Source: a virus
Length of the DNA: 64,000 nt
IMG/VR virus record: IMGVR_UViG_3300033153_010139
Location: 32,001-96,000 of that record
Reading direction: 5' to 3' (one strand)
Shown here: in pieces, positions 9,207 through 18,596 of the stretch
Position numbering within the stretch: the stretch's first letter is position 1
Layout: every line of letters starts with the position of its first letter
Translations under genes and position numbers: made by a program
Notes under the pieces: generated by a model
What the model was told of the DNA's origin: nothing
Seen by the model: only the letters and a program-made list of their open reading frames with translations
The model's database searches: none

Positions 9207-11365
9207 TGGCCATATTCCCACAGCAGTACTTCACGCGCGACAATGTGCCGATGCGGACCGGTCCGCGTGGCGAGCGCGAGTCGTTCAATTCGGCGGCGCT
9301 CGCTCGCAAGTTCGCCGGACCGCCGAAAGGCGTTTACGTTGGATTCACGCCGACCGCGCTCGGCAGCGTGCTAACGCTCGCGCCGGATCCGACGATGGGC
9401 TACTCGCTGCTGAAGGTCCACTCGTCGGAGGATCCAGCTGGCGTGGACATCGTGATTACCGGCTCGATTACGCTGGACTTCGCGACCGCGTCGCCGTCGG
9501 ACTTCCTCCCCGATGGTGTGCAAGTCGTCGCGCAAGCGGCCTATCGGGAGGCCGCCGAGGCAACGGCTGACATCACGACGCGCCCCAAGACGGCGACGAC
9601 GCTTGAGGCGACCATCGGCGCGTCGGACGCGGCCTTCGATCTGGACTTGGTGTCGGACCTGGCCACGGCGCCGGGCTCCATCAGCATTTCTGTCGTCATG
9701 CCGGGGCCAATCGCGGACACGATTACCGACGACGGGCTCGGTAACCTGGTCAGCGCTGGCGTAGCGCTACCAAGCGGCGGAACGATCGACTACCAGACCG
9801 GCGCGATGACTGGCGTGACGGCTCTGCTCGCCGCCCTCTCGCCGGTCTACCTTACGCGCACGCAAGCTGTTCGTCGTGACGAGGTCTTGCTCTGCCGGAT
9901 CACAGGCATTCCTGGCGCGATCGTTGTGCACAGCACGCTGGCCACGGACCGGGACAGACCGCTGGCGGCCGGTGCGGCGGACTTGGAGTTCGGGTTCATG
10001 CCGCCCACGAGCATGGAAGCGCTCGCCGCCGCAGTCGAGATCGTGAACGAAGTCGGCGATGCTCGTGTTGACCTGCAAAATACGACGCACGCGAGCCTCA
10101 AGGAGCGGATCGACTACGATCTCGGCGCCGAAGCAATGGGCCTGCGGCTCGGGAAGGTGGTCAAGCTCATCCGCAGCAACGCCTATTCTGCTCCGGCTGG
10201 CGCGCCACAGGTCAACATCTCCGGGTCCATGAGCGAAGTCAACCGCGACTACGAGCCCAAGCTCACGTTTGCGGGCAGCGGCTCGGAAACGTCGGCCGGA
10301 GTGATCACTGCACCGGACGATGCCGTGCGGAACGCGGCAATCGTCGTGGATGCCGGAACAGGTGAACGGCTCATCGACAACGCCACCGACAGAAACATCG
10401 TGATCGGCAGAATCGAGCAGGCCGACGACGAGGTGCTCGACGGCGTACTGACATTCACGAACGCGCTGACCATTGTTTCAGGCGACGATTCCTCGGCGTT
10501 CACGGCACAGCTCGAAGCCGGAGACACGATCCAAGGACCGGACGGTCGGCTCTACGAGGTCGGCGCCGTCATCGACGACGGTCAGCTGGTCTTGCGGGAC
10601 GCTTACCTGAGCGCCACCGCGTCAAGCGCGAGTCTGCTCAGGCGACGCTTCCTGCTCAAGTTCATTTCGGCGGCCACCGGCGCGGAGATGGAGCACGAGC
10701 TGGAGGCGGCGGCCACGCTTGAGCTGTTCTTCGCGGTGTTCATGTCGCACGCGCAGGCCAACTTCCACAACGCGCTCGTGATGCAACGATCCGGCGCGCG
10801 TCCGCCTGTGCCGGACGCGTCGCTAACGGTGCCCGGCAAGGTCGAGCTGGCCGGGGCCGTGTCGCCCTACGCCGGCGCCGTCAACCTACAACAGCGCGGC
10901 GCGGACGTCGCGCCGGGCGGGCAGTTCCACACGCTCAACTTCACGGCCGCTGAAGCGCAGCTTGCTGAGCTGTCCGAGGGCAGTGTCGAGGTGCTGGGGA
11001 TCGGGCCGAAGGGGATCAAAGGGCTCGGCGGCGGGCCTGGGCCAAAAGGCCCGGACGGAGACCCCGGCCTGTCTTACAACAACATCTCCACGCTCGTGAC
11101 GAGCGAGGAGCACTATCTCTCCGGCACAGCGACCAGCTCGGTTAGTCTCACGCAGGATTTCGGATTCAACATCGGCATGTTGTCCGGTGGTATTGCTAGA
11201 TTCCGTTCCGGGAACGTCTACACCGGTGGTGACTGGGTTGAGGTTCTCGATATACGGATCGAGAACAACGGGAACGGTGATCCGCAGATCGGCGTAATTG
11301 AGGCGCGAGGCAACGGTGACACCTACGCCGTGCTCTACTTGGATGCGGCGGGATACACAGCCTGA
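9206..11365 (+). CDS. Tail fibre-like protein, paralogue 2
   Basis: Same motif series; GPKGIKG..GPKGPDGDPG linker. Confidence 0.7.
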   Translation: MAIFPQQYFTRDNVPMRTGPRGERESFNSAALARKFAGPPKGVYVGFTPTALGSVLTLAPDPTMGYSLLKVHSSEDPAGVDIVITGSITLDFATASPSDFLPDGVQVVAQAAYREAAEATADITTRPKTATTLEATIGASDAAFDLDLVSDLATAPGSISISVVMPGPIADTITDDGLGNLVSAGVALPSGGTIDYQTGAMTGVTALLAALSPVYLTRTQAVRRDEVLLCRITGIPGAIVVHSTLATDRDRPLAAGAADLEFGFMPPTSMEALAAAVEIVNEVGDARVDLQNTTHASLKERIDYDLGAEAMGLRLGKVVKLIRSNAYSAPAGAPQVNISGSMSEVNRDYEPKLTFAGSGSETSAGVITAPDDAVRNAAIVVDAGTGERLIDNATDRNIVIGRIEQADDEVLDGVLTFTNALTIVSGDDSSAFTAQLEAGDTIQGPDGRLYEVGAVIDDGQLVLRDAYLSATASSASLLRRRFLLKFISAATGAEMEHELEAAATLELFFAVFMSHAQANFHNALVMQRSGARPPVPDASLTVPGKVELAGAVSPYAGAVNLQQRGADVAPGGQFHTLNFTAAEAQLAELSEGSVEVLGIGPKGIKGLGGGPGPKGPDGDPGLSYNNISTLVTSEEHYLSGTATSSVSLTQDFGFNIGMLSGGIARFRSGNVYTGGDWVEVLDIRIENNGNGDPQIGVIEARGNGDTYAVLYLDAAGYTA

Positions 11366-13287
11366 TGGCGAACTTCCCTACATACAGCTTCTCGGAAGAC
11401 AGCGTGGAAGTTCGCTTTCGCGAGCAGCGAATGTCCGACTCTGTGGGCCGCCGCTGCTTCGCGCTACCGCACGGCGTCTACGTCGGCTACGAGCCGCAAG
11501 TTCAGTCGGGTTCCCAAGTGCTCTCGCTGGCGATCGACTCCCGAGTCGGCTTCTCCAGCTTGAAGGTCGGTTCGCAGAGCCTCCCGGTGCAGGTGGACGT
11601 CTTCACGAAGGAGACGGTCACACTCAACTTCACCGGCCACACGCAGTTCCCCGTCTTCGTGATCGCCCGCGCTGACTGCGCAAAGGACTCGCACACGCAG
11701 GGGCGCATCCTCACGAGAACCGCAGGCGCCGCAGGTCCGCAAGAGATCAACATCTGCAAGGTGGACAAGCCGGACGCCGACCTGACCCTGGACGTGTCCA
11801 TTCCAGCGAGCCGCCACTTGCCGGTTGCTCACGAAGGGCAGGCGTTCGGCTACATGCTGCCCGGATCGGCCGAAGACATCATCTTCGCCCAGTCGGTGAC
11901 CGCCGAGGTCATTCGCTCGCGCTACTCGCTCGCGACGCCGGATCCGCTCCCGCCCACTCCACCGCCAGCTGGACAGAAGCTCAACGACCGCTTGGCGCTT
12001 GACCTGTCCGCCGACTACCTCGCATCCCAAATGGGGTTGCGGAACAACATTCTCGTGGCCAACGCTAAGACGCTGCCGGCCGGCGGCAGCTCGGCAAACG
12101 TCTCCGGGTCATTCGCGGGCACCAGCCGCGAGTTCGAGCCGAAGATGACGCTAGCCCCCGGCGGGTCCGAATCCGCCGAGGGCGCGATCACCGCTCCGGC
12201 CGACGCCGTCCGCAACGTCTGTTTCCTGGTGAATGACGCGACCGGTCTGCGGGTCATCGACGCCGGCCGTCACCCGGTCTACGGGCGCCTGTCTGCATCG
12301 GCTGTAACACCGTTCTCCGGCACGATAACGTTCACGAACGCGCAGACGGCCGTGGTGGGCGTGGCGACGAGTTTCCAGACGGAGCTGGAGGTCGGTGACA
12401 TCATTGTCGGCGACGACGGCGTGTGGTACGAGATCGAGGCGATCCCGTCGCAGACCGATCTGGAGCTGTCGGCCGCTTACCAGGGCGTGACCGTGGCCGG
12501 CGTCGGTTCGAGCTACAGGCGCTACACGCTCTCGTTCTTCTCGCGCGGTACCGGGTCTGAGGCGGTGCATACGCTGGCCGAGCCGGTGAACATGCGGTTC
12601 TTCTTCTCCGCTTGGAACCGCGTTGATCGCCCGGCGTTCGACGCTATCGCGTTCATGCACCGCACCGGTGAACGTCCAGTGCTCGGCGAAGCGTCTGGAA
12701 CGCTCGCTGGGCGCATTCTGCTGGCTGCCGCGGGCGCCAAGGCCGGGGCCATCCGCACGGTCACGGACGACCAGGTCTCGGTCGGCGACAACTTCCACAC
12801 GCTCAATTTCTCGGCGGACAACGCGGTAGTCACGCCGGCAGGCACAGGCGTTGCGAACGTCGTTGTGCAGGGCGACCAAGGTCCGCTCGGCCCGGGATCG
12901 ATAGAGGGCCCGCAGGGTCCAATCGGCACAGCCGGACCAGGCATGATCCAGTGCATTCCGTTCGTGGTTTCGTCAGATCTGGCCCACGACCCGGGCGGTC
13001 CACTATCCCCGGAAATTCCAGGGGTAATCGGGCTCGGCGGTTCGGGCAAGCAGGGCACTTATACCGTGGACTTCTCGGCAACTACGCCAACGCTCGCTGG
13101 CGAGATCGTACATGCCGTAGGCGGGTTCGCGCTGCTCAGGGCCGGCGGCGACATTCTGGGCTACTGGTACGATGCCGCCGCGTGGCGCATTGATTCCATC
13201 GTTAAGACTGGTCCACTGGTCGTGACGCTAACGTACAGCTTGGGCGGCGCGTCGTCGGCCAGGTTTTTCATAGGAGCATGTGTGTGA
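11365..13287 (+). CDS. Tail fibre-like protein, paralogue 3
   Basis: Same motif series; GDQGPLGPG..GPQGPIG linker. Confidence 0.7.
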   Translation: MANFPTYSFSEDSVEVRFREQRMSDSVGRRCFALPHGVYVGYEPQVQSGSQVLSLAIDSRVGFSSLKVGSQSLPVQVDVFTKETVTLNFTGHTQFPVFVIARADCAKDSHTQGRILTRTAGAAGPQEINICKVDKPDADLTLDVSIPASRHLPVAHEGQAFGYMLPGSAEDIIFAQSVTAEVIRSRYSLATPDPLPPTPPPAGQKLNDRLALDLSADYLASQMGLRNNILVANAKTLPAGGSSANVSGSFAGTSREFEPKMTLAPGGSESAEGAITAPADAVRNVCFLVNDATGLRVIDAGRHPVYGRLSASAVTPFSGTITFTNAQTAVVGVATSFQTELEVGDIIVGDDGVWYEIEAIPSQTDLELSAAYQGVTVAGVGSSYRRYTLSFFSRGTGSEAVHTLAEPVNMRFFFSAWNRVDRPAFDAIAFMHRTGERPVLGEASGTLAGRILLAAAGAKAGAIRTVTDDQVSVGDNFHTLNFSADNAVVTPAGTGVANVVVQGDQGPLGPGSIEGPQGPIGTAGPGMIQCIPFVVSSDLAHDPGGPLSPEIPGVIGLGGSGKQGTYTVDFSATTPTLAGEIVHAVGGFALLRAGGDILGYWYDAAAWRIDSIVKTGPLVVTLTYSLGGASSARFFIGACV

Positions 13288-13874
13288 GGCACCTATTCAG
13301 CTACGGCGCGAATGGCACCATCATCGGCACCCACGCGTACCAGCAGGCTTCGACCGGCCTGCGCGGCTGGCCGGACCACTACGAGTGCGACAATCCGAAC
13401 ACGGAGCAGCCAGACTCTCGCGCGTGGCTTGACGCGCTAACAATGAAACCGGCCGGCGGGTTCATCTTCTACGAATGTCCGCATTCGGGGGCAGAGGACC
13501 CGTGCGTGTGCGCGGCCGAACAGATGGCCGATCACTACGTTGAAGGGAACCTGTTCGTACCGCTTCCAACTGTTGTCGTTCAGCTGAGCGGTGTTGCTGT
13601 AGCAGCGAACACCGTGGTCAGCTATCCAGTCGGAACATTGCTCAAGCTGCAAATCTCTTGTGCCGGGTCTGCCGCTACGGCGGTAGTGGTAGCACAGAGC
13701 AAGAATCCGCAGGTTCTCGATACTACAGAAGCCTGCGTTGAGGCGGTCATGGCCAACGGCATGGCCGAGGAGATCGACGTCTACGCCCCCGCCCAAGGCA
13801 TGGTGGGTGCGCTGTCTATTTCAGGCAGTCGCTTCCGCTCGTTCAATTTCAGCATTCGCGGCTGGGGCTCGTAG
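13284..13874 (+). CDS. Hypothetical protein (possible fibre assembly factor)
   Basis: GTG overlaps the upstream TGA, with a TAGGAG RBS; follows the fibre genes. Confidence 0.5.
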   Translation: MRHLFSYGANGTIIGTHAYQQASTGLRGWPDHYECDNPNTEQPDSRAWLDALTMKPAGGFIFYECPHSGAEDPCVCAAEQMADHYVEGNLFVPLPTVVVQLSGVAVAANTVVSYPVGTLLKLQISCAGSAATAVVVAQSKNPQVLDTTEACVEAVMANGMAEEIDVYAPAQGMVGALSISGSRFRSFNFSIRGWGS

Positions 13875-13906
13875 CCCCAGCAACCGCTCAACCGACGGAG
13901 GAAGAA

Positions 13907-14224
13907 ATGAGACGACTCGGAGTAGCGGTGCTCGCGGCGGCGCTGCTGTTGTTCCCAGGCTGTTGTGCCTCGGTCAGCGCAGTCCACCCCGACACCAATG
14001 TGAGCATCGGGAGCTACGTCAAAGCGCTCAAGAAGATCAAGGAGAACGTCGCGACAATGCGCGGCGATCACAAGACGGCGTTGGAGCGCGCGCAGCCACC
14101 GTACGTGCCGGAGCTGGTAGAGGCCGAGCTTGGTCTCTACGACACGACGAACACGCTCTGTGACGACGCGCTGAACGGCACCGAGGACGCGGCGCCGTCG
14201 CCGACCGAAGGCGGTGACGAATGA
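13907..14224 (+). CDS. Predicted lipoprotein
   Basis: MRR, a hydrophobic stretch and a lipobox-like FPGC; strong GGAGGA RBS. Confidence 0.65.
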   Translation: MRRLGVAVLAAALLLFPGCCASVSAVHPDTNVSIGSYVKALKKIKENVATMRGDHKTALERAQPPYVPELVEAELGLYDTTNTLCDDALNGTEDAAPSPTEGGDE

Positions 14225-14670
14225 GCGCGGACTTCGACAAGCAGGTTCGTGAGATTGCCGAGCCCAAGGTCATGGCCGCGTTGGACCGAGCCAAGACCGC
14301 CTACATGGCCGAGTTCGGGGACTTCGTGGAGGGCATCCACAAGGACGAGCTGGCCGAGCACTTCCAGAAGGCCGGCGAGTGCAAGCTCAAGGCGCTCTTG
14401 GAGTCGGACAAGACCGTGGCGGCTCAGTACGCCAAGGCAGCCGAGCGGCACATGGATTCGATCGAGACGCTGGGCGTTGGCGCCGTGATCATCGCCAAGG
14501 CGAAGACGGCCAGCGTGCTCCGTGTGACAGCTGGCATCATCCTCGACACGCTCGGGGACGTGGCGCTGGCGGTCATCAAGACCGTGGCCGAAGGGCTCGT
14601 GGACGGGCTGATCAAGGGCTTCATGCCCGAGGGAGGGATTGCTGGCGAAGCCGGCAGCTTTCCTGGTTGA
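14221..14670 (+). CDS. Helical hypothetical protein with hydrophobic C-terminus
   Basis: ATGA overlap, 149 aa. Confidence 0.6.
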   Translation: MSADFDKQVREIAEPKVMAALDRAKTAYMAEFGDFVEGIHKDELAEHFQKAGECKLKALLESDKTVAAQYAKAAERHMDSIETLGVGAVIIAKAKTASVLRVTAGIILDTLGDVALAVIKTVAEGLVDGLIKGFMPEGGIAGEAGSFPG

Positions 14671-14746
14671 GACTCTGCTCGGCGACAAGGACAAGGACAA
14701 GGACGAATCAACCCCGCTCAGTTCCGAATGGAAGAAGGAGAGAACA

Positions 14747-15073
14747 ATGGCGGAATGGACGCAGGCTCAGTTGAAGGAGATGGCCGGAGGGGTCATCGGG
14801 CTGTTTGACGACGGGTTCCAGTTCAGCGACATCTTCGAGATCGTGCCGAAGGTCATGGAGGTCGTGGCTTTGGTGAAGGACACGACGGGCCCCGAGAAGA
14901 AGGAGCTGGCGATCATGCTCGGTGAGTACATCATCGATGAGACCGACTTCCCCTGGCTCCCGGACGCTCTCGTGGATCCGATCTGCAAGAAGTTCCTGCC
15001 CGGCGCGGTGCAGATGGCATGGGACGCTTCCAAGGGCAAGTTCGCTTTCGGCGGCAACGACGCGAGCGAGTAG
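14747..15073 (+). CDS. Small helical hypothetical protein
   Basis: AAGGAG RBS before ATG 14747 (MAEWTQ...). Confidence 0.65.
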   Translation: MAEWTQAQLKEMAGGVIGLFDDGFQFSDIFEIVPKVMEVVALVKDTTGPEKKELAIMLGEYIIDETDFPWLPDALVDPICKKFLPGAVQMAWDASKGKFAFGGNDASE

Positions 15074-15106
15074 CCACAAGCACTTGGGAACGTTTTTCGG
15101 AAAGCG

Positions 15107-15135
15107 TTGACTTCGTGTCGGTGAATCCGTAAAAC
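15107..15135 (+). promoter_or_regulatory. Sigma70-type promoter
   Basis: TTGACT-N17-TAAAAC, preceded by hairpin 15089-15108. Confidence 0.6.
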
Positions 15136-15141
15136 AGCTCT

Positions 15142-15452
15142 CGCTCAACGAGGTTGGGTGTCGCAGTCAGCAGCGCTGGCGCGAGTCACAGGCGGGACGG
15201 CCGGGGTCTTTCGGGACCTTGGAGAGAGCGGCTGGGCTAGAGGACAACGGCCACCCTGACGGTTGGAACCGGGTCCGAAGGTCGCCGAGCAAGTGCTCGG
15301 TAGGCGCGCGGTGGTGAGGTCGGCAGCTTGGCTGGAGGGGAAACCTGAAGGCCGAGGCGGCGCACGACAACGAATGGGTAGGGTCATTCGCTTCTTCACG
15401 GACGGTGATCCAGGGTAAGGCGGTTCAAGAGTTCGCTCTTGGCCGCCTTTGC
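15142..15452 (+). ncRNA. Candidate structured non-coding RNA (family unknown)
   Basis: No credible ORF. Own promoter. Stems at 15201-15222 (UUCG), 15284-15301, 15327-15356 (GAAA), 15371-15390 and 15417-15450 (UUCG, then TTT). Confidence 0.55.
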
Positions 15453-15524
15453 TCATCCCAGAGAAGAGTAGTCGCTGGTGCTTGTCGCATTCGTGGCCCA
15501 TAATGGTGCGCGGAGGCGCGGCTT

Positions 15525-16250
15525 ATGGCGTGGGATCGCCTGGAACAGCTCAACCGGTTGCTGGGGACTGGCCCACCGGCGAGCGCCTACATCTTCCCCG
15601 AGATGCCAGGAACCTTCAGCCGCACAACGGCGCGGTCGAGCGACGAGATCTTCGTCTTCCAGTACTGGCCCGAGTCGGTAGAGGCCGCCTACACGGTCAA
15701 CTACGCGCAGAAGTCGGTCCCAGGAGGCTCCCACGACCTCCAGCAGTGGACCGGCGGCAGCGGCCGGGACATTACCTTCCCCGTCGTGTTCACCGCTGAG
15801 GTCAGCGCTGACGTGCGCGGCTTGCTTGGCGTGTCGCCGCCCGTGGAGCTGCTGCCATCCGTGCGCTACACCGTAGACGTGCGCGGCGCCGTGTCCTACC
15901 TCCAGTCGCTCATGCTCGGCAGCTACGGCAAAGAGAGACAAGCGGGCGGCGGGCTCAACAACCTCGCGAGGCCGCCAAAGAAGATCTGGCTTGTGCTCGA
16001 AGGCACTGGGCTCGGCGGCAACAAGGACGAGGTGCTGGTCATTCTTCGATCCGCGCCGGTCACTTACGAGGCGTGGTTTCCAAACGGGAAGCCGCGTATC
16101 GTAGCGATGTCGCTCACGTTCACGGAGATCGTGCAGCGGTCAACGGCAACGCAAGGCAAGTCGTCCATCCAGTTCATCGGGCGCGAGGTGTTCGAGCGCG
16201 ACGGCGAGTTCTACAACTACCGAGGCACCGTCGATCGGGCGCTGGGTTAG
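15525..16250 (+). CDS. Contractile tail tube-initiator / CIS tube N-terminal-like protein
   Basis: FQYWPESV...Y....VPGGS..LQQWTGG.GR.I.F...F and ..F.NGKPR....L.F.E pattern. Confidence 0.6.
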   Translation: MAWDRLEQLNRLLGTGPPASAYIFPEMPGTFSRTTARSSDEIFVFQYWPESVEAAYTVNYAQKSVPGGSHDLQQWTGGSGRDITFPVVFTAEVSADVRGLLGVSPPVELLPSVRYTVDVRGAVSYLQSLMLGSYGKERQAGGGLNNLARPPKKIWLVLEGTGLGGNKDEVLVILRSAPVTYEAWFPNGKPRIVAMSLTFTEIVQRSTATQGKSSIQFIGREVFERDGEFYNYRGTVDRALG

Positions 16251-16260
16251 GAGAGTCTGA

Positions 16261-16584
16261 GTGGCAGGCACAGGCGAAACGAGCATTCGCTCCTACAACT
16301 ACTACAAGGATGACGTGATCGCCGGCACCGGGGTCTATACCGATGCCGGAAACATCCTCACGTTCGTGGACCAGGACACGACCAAGCCGTTCACCAGCCA
16401 CTCGATCATGCTGGCGAACGACGCGGCGTCCGACATCTACTTCCGAGTCGCGCCGGACGGTGGCGGCGCGCCGGACCACGGTCGCGTGAAGGCTGGTGAG
16501 GTGCTGGTGCAGGACTTCAGGAGGCTCAAGGCGATCTACCTCAAGGGCACTGCTGGAGCCGCCTATCGTTTTTGGGCTTGGTAG
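16261..16584 (+). CDS. Small beta-rich virion/decoration protein
   Basis: 107 aa, AGGAG RBS. Confidence 0.55.
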   Translation: MAGTGETSIRSYNYYKDDVIAGTGVYTDAGNILTFVDQDTTKPFTSHSIMLANDAASDIYFRVAPDGGGAPDHGRVKAGEVLVQDFRRLKAIYLKGTAGAAYRFWAW

Positions 16585-16589
16585 TCGTC

Positions 16590-17129
16590 GTGAGCGGGCT
16601 GGGCAAACGCGGACCGGGCGGCTTCACCGTAGGCGCGCTCCAAGGCGTCCACGGCGGCGAGCGCATCTTCGTGCCCGACATGTTCCAGGCGCCGGAGGCA
16701 GCTTGGCCGGTGCCGACGGTTGCGCCAGTCGCGTCGGACGTGCCTTACTCGGCGACCGGTCTCGTGCGCGCCTACGTGGACTCGGGCGAGACCAGCATCG
16801 GGTTCTCGCTCAAGATCCCAGCTGGCGTGACGACGATGGTCATGCGGATGCCGGGCCGTGCGGGAGACGCGCCGGCAGCTCCGGGCCAGGTCGTCATGCG
16901 CCTGCACGCGCGCGTTGGCGTCGGCGCGTGGATCGGGCCGACGGCGCTGGGCGTGTTAGCCGTGCCCAATGACCTGGCGCAGAGCTGGTCCTTCTCGACG
17001 ACGCTCGCCGGTCTTGGCTTGGGCGCCGGCAACGACGCGCAGTTCATTCTGAGCAGGAATCCAGGATCGGCTTCGGATACCCTGGTGGGGCGCTGGTTCC
17101 TGTACGAGCTGGGGGTCAACTTCGCATGA
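16590..17129 (+). CDS. Hypothetical virion protein (jelly-roll-like)
   Basis: Fills the operon gap; ATGA coupling downstream; start uncertain. Confidence 0.5.
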   Translation: MSGLGKRGPGGFTVGALQGVHGGERIFVPDMFQAPEAAWPVPTVAPVASDVPYSATGLVRAYVDSGETSIGFSLKIPAGVTTMVMRMPGRAGDAPAAPGQVVMRLHARVGVGAWIGPTALGVLAVPNDLAQSWSFSTTLAGLGLGAGNDAQFILSRNPGSASDTLVGRWFLYELGVNFA

Positions 17130-17749
17130 GCGCGCTCACCAGACCTGGCGGTGGCACCATCGGCACGCCGGTCGATCCGGCGTCGCCGTCCGGGATCCTC
17201 ATCGATCCCTACACCGAGATTGGCCAAACACCGCTGCTCGATGAGGTCATCAAGGGCGACGGGCTTGGCGGCTGGACGATCGGGCTTCCTCCGGGCGGTC
17301 CGCCGAGCGGCGTGGCGGGGGGCGACCTGTCCGGCACCTACGCTAATCCGACGGTCAAGACCAAGCGCCTGGTGCTGGAGTTCGCTTCTCCTGGGCGCGT
17401 GATGTCCGCCGGCGTTCGTTACTTGGACCGAGAGGCCATTGCCTGTTCGCTGATCCCCACGCTGCTGCACGCGGCCTGGAACCTCATCGGTATCTCGATT
17501 GTGGTCGATCTTGTTGACGCTTCGCGGACCTACGACGTCGAGGTCGTCAGCAACCCGCACACCGGATCGCCTGCGATCATCGGGACTGCGCTGACCGTGC
17601 CTCTGAGCACCTTGAGCGCGTCAACGCGAGCGCTCACGACCGCCGTTCCGGTGAACACGCTCTGGGGCGTGCGGATCGTGCGAGCTACCGGTTCGGGGCT
17701 GTCCACCTTCACGCGCGCTCGCGTGGAGATCGAAGTGGAGATGCCATGA
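17126..17749 (+). CDS. Fibre-like virion protein
   Basis: PPSG.AGGDLSGTY.NPTV motif, common in phage fibre shafts. Confidence 0.6.
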   Translation: MSALTRPGGGTIGTPVDPASPSGILIDPYTEIGQTPLLDEVIKGDGLGGWTIGLPPGGPPSGVAGGDLSGTYANPTVKTKRLVLEFASPGRVMSAGVRYLDREAIACSLIPTLLHAAWNLIGISIVVDLVDASRTYDVEVVSNPHTGSPAIIGTALTVPLSTLSASTRALTTAVPVNTLWGVRIVRATGSGLSTFTRARVEIEVEMP

Positions 17750-18579
17750 GTACGCTCGTCATTCGCTCCAACGCCGATACGATCATTCCCGTTCTGATTG
17801 CCGACCTCGGGTTCCCGATCCCGCCGGCCGGCGGTCAGGAGACGCTGACCGACGACGAAGAGATTGCGGCAGCTGGGGAGTCGGGCAGCCTGGACGCGCT
17901 CACGCAGGACAGTGCCTACGTTGGCGGCGGCGACGCATCCGACCATTCGCTAATCTTGAACGACGGTGCGGCGGACATCACGCACGACGAATTGAAGGCG
18001 GTCGCCGGGACCGCTGTCATGGTCGGCGCCACGCCGACGGACGCCGGTATCCAGGGCCTCGTGCCCGGCTCGACGGCTGGCAGCGAGACCGCCGAGTTCT
18101 TGCGCAAGGACGGCTCATGGGCGCAGCCAGCTGGCGCCGGCACTGGCGATGTCGTTGGCCCGGCCGCCGCGTCCGATCGCGCTGTTGCGCTCTACGACGG
18201 CACGACCGGCAAGCTCATCCAGAACAGCCCGGTGACGGTCTCCGCTGGTGGCGACATCGCGACCGCCGGCACTGTGGACGGCGTGAACGTTTCCGCGCAC
18301 GCGCTGGACGCGAACGCTCATCACACGCGCTATCAGAATAGCGAGGCCGTCACGGCGATGGGCGCCAAGGCTGACGCGAACGCGCTGAACCACGATAGGT
18401 ACGCCAACACCGAAGCCCGTTCGGCAATGGGTTTTGCTGGGGTGTTTACTCAGGCTTCTGAGCCGACTATCGTGCAAGTTCCAAACGATCAGTGGGCCTT
18501 CTGGCTCAACACGACCAGCGGCAAGGATTACTTAGTGAGGCGTCGGGCCGGCGCTCTCAAGAAGGTTGAGATGCGCTAG
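17746..18579 (+). CDS. Fibre-like virion protein
   Basis: FLRKDGSW and GDVVGPA.ASD.AVALYDGTTGKLIQNS fibre motifs. Confidence 0.65.
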   Translation: MSTLVIRSNADTIIPVLIADLGFPIPPAGGQETLTDDEEIAAAGESGSLDALTQDSAYVGGGDASDHSLILNDGAADITHDELKAVAGTAVMVGATPTDAGIQGLVPGSTAGSETAEFLRKDGSWAQPAGAGTGDVVGPAAASDRAVALYDGTTGKLIQNSPVTVSAGGDIATAGTVDGVNVSAHALDANAHHTRYQNSEAVTAMGAKADANALNHDRYANTEARSAMGFAGVFTQASEPTIVQVPNDQWAFWLNTTSGKDYLVRRRAGALKKVEMR

Positions 18580-18596
18580 ACGCGCAAGGAGCAGAC

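Noticed and set aside
10005-10045. SMEALAAAV in fibre paralogue 2 (and TDRLGALG in 46305) as further tag copies
   Set aside because: Weak matches, internal to the proteins and explainable by Ala/Leu-rich helices.
15142-15452. RNase P, SRP or tRNA identity for the structured region
   Set aside because: No GAGGAAAGUCC, no SRP helix-8 consensus and no cloverleaf found.
1-16250. Bacterial extracellular contractile injection system or tailocin
   Set aside because: Contiguous with tmRNA, GroES, kinases, HNH and dozens of small phage-type genes, so a large phage fits better.
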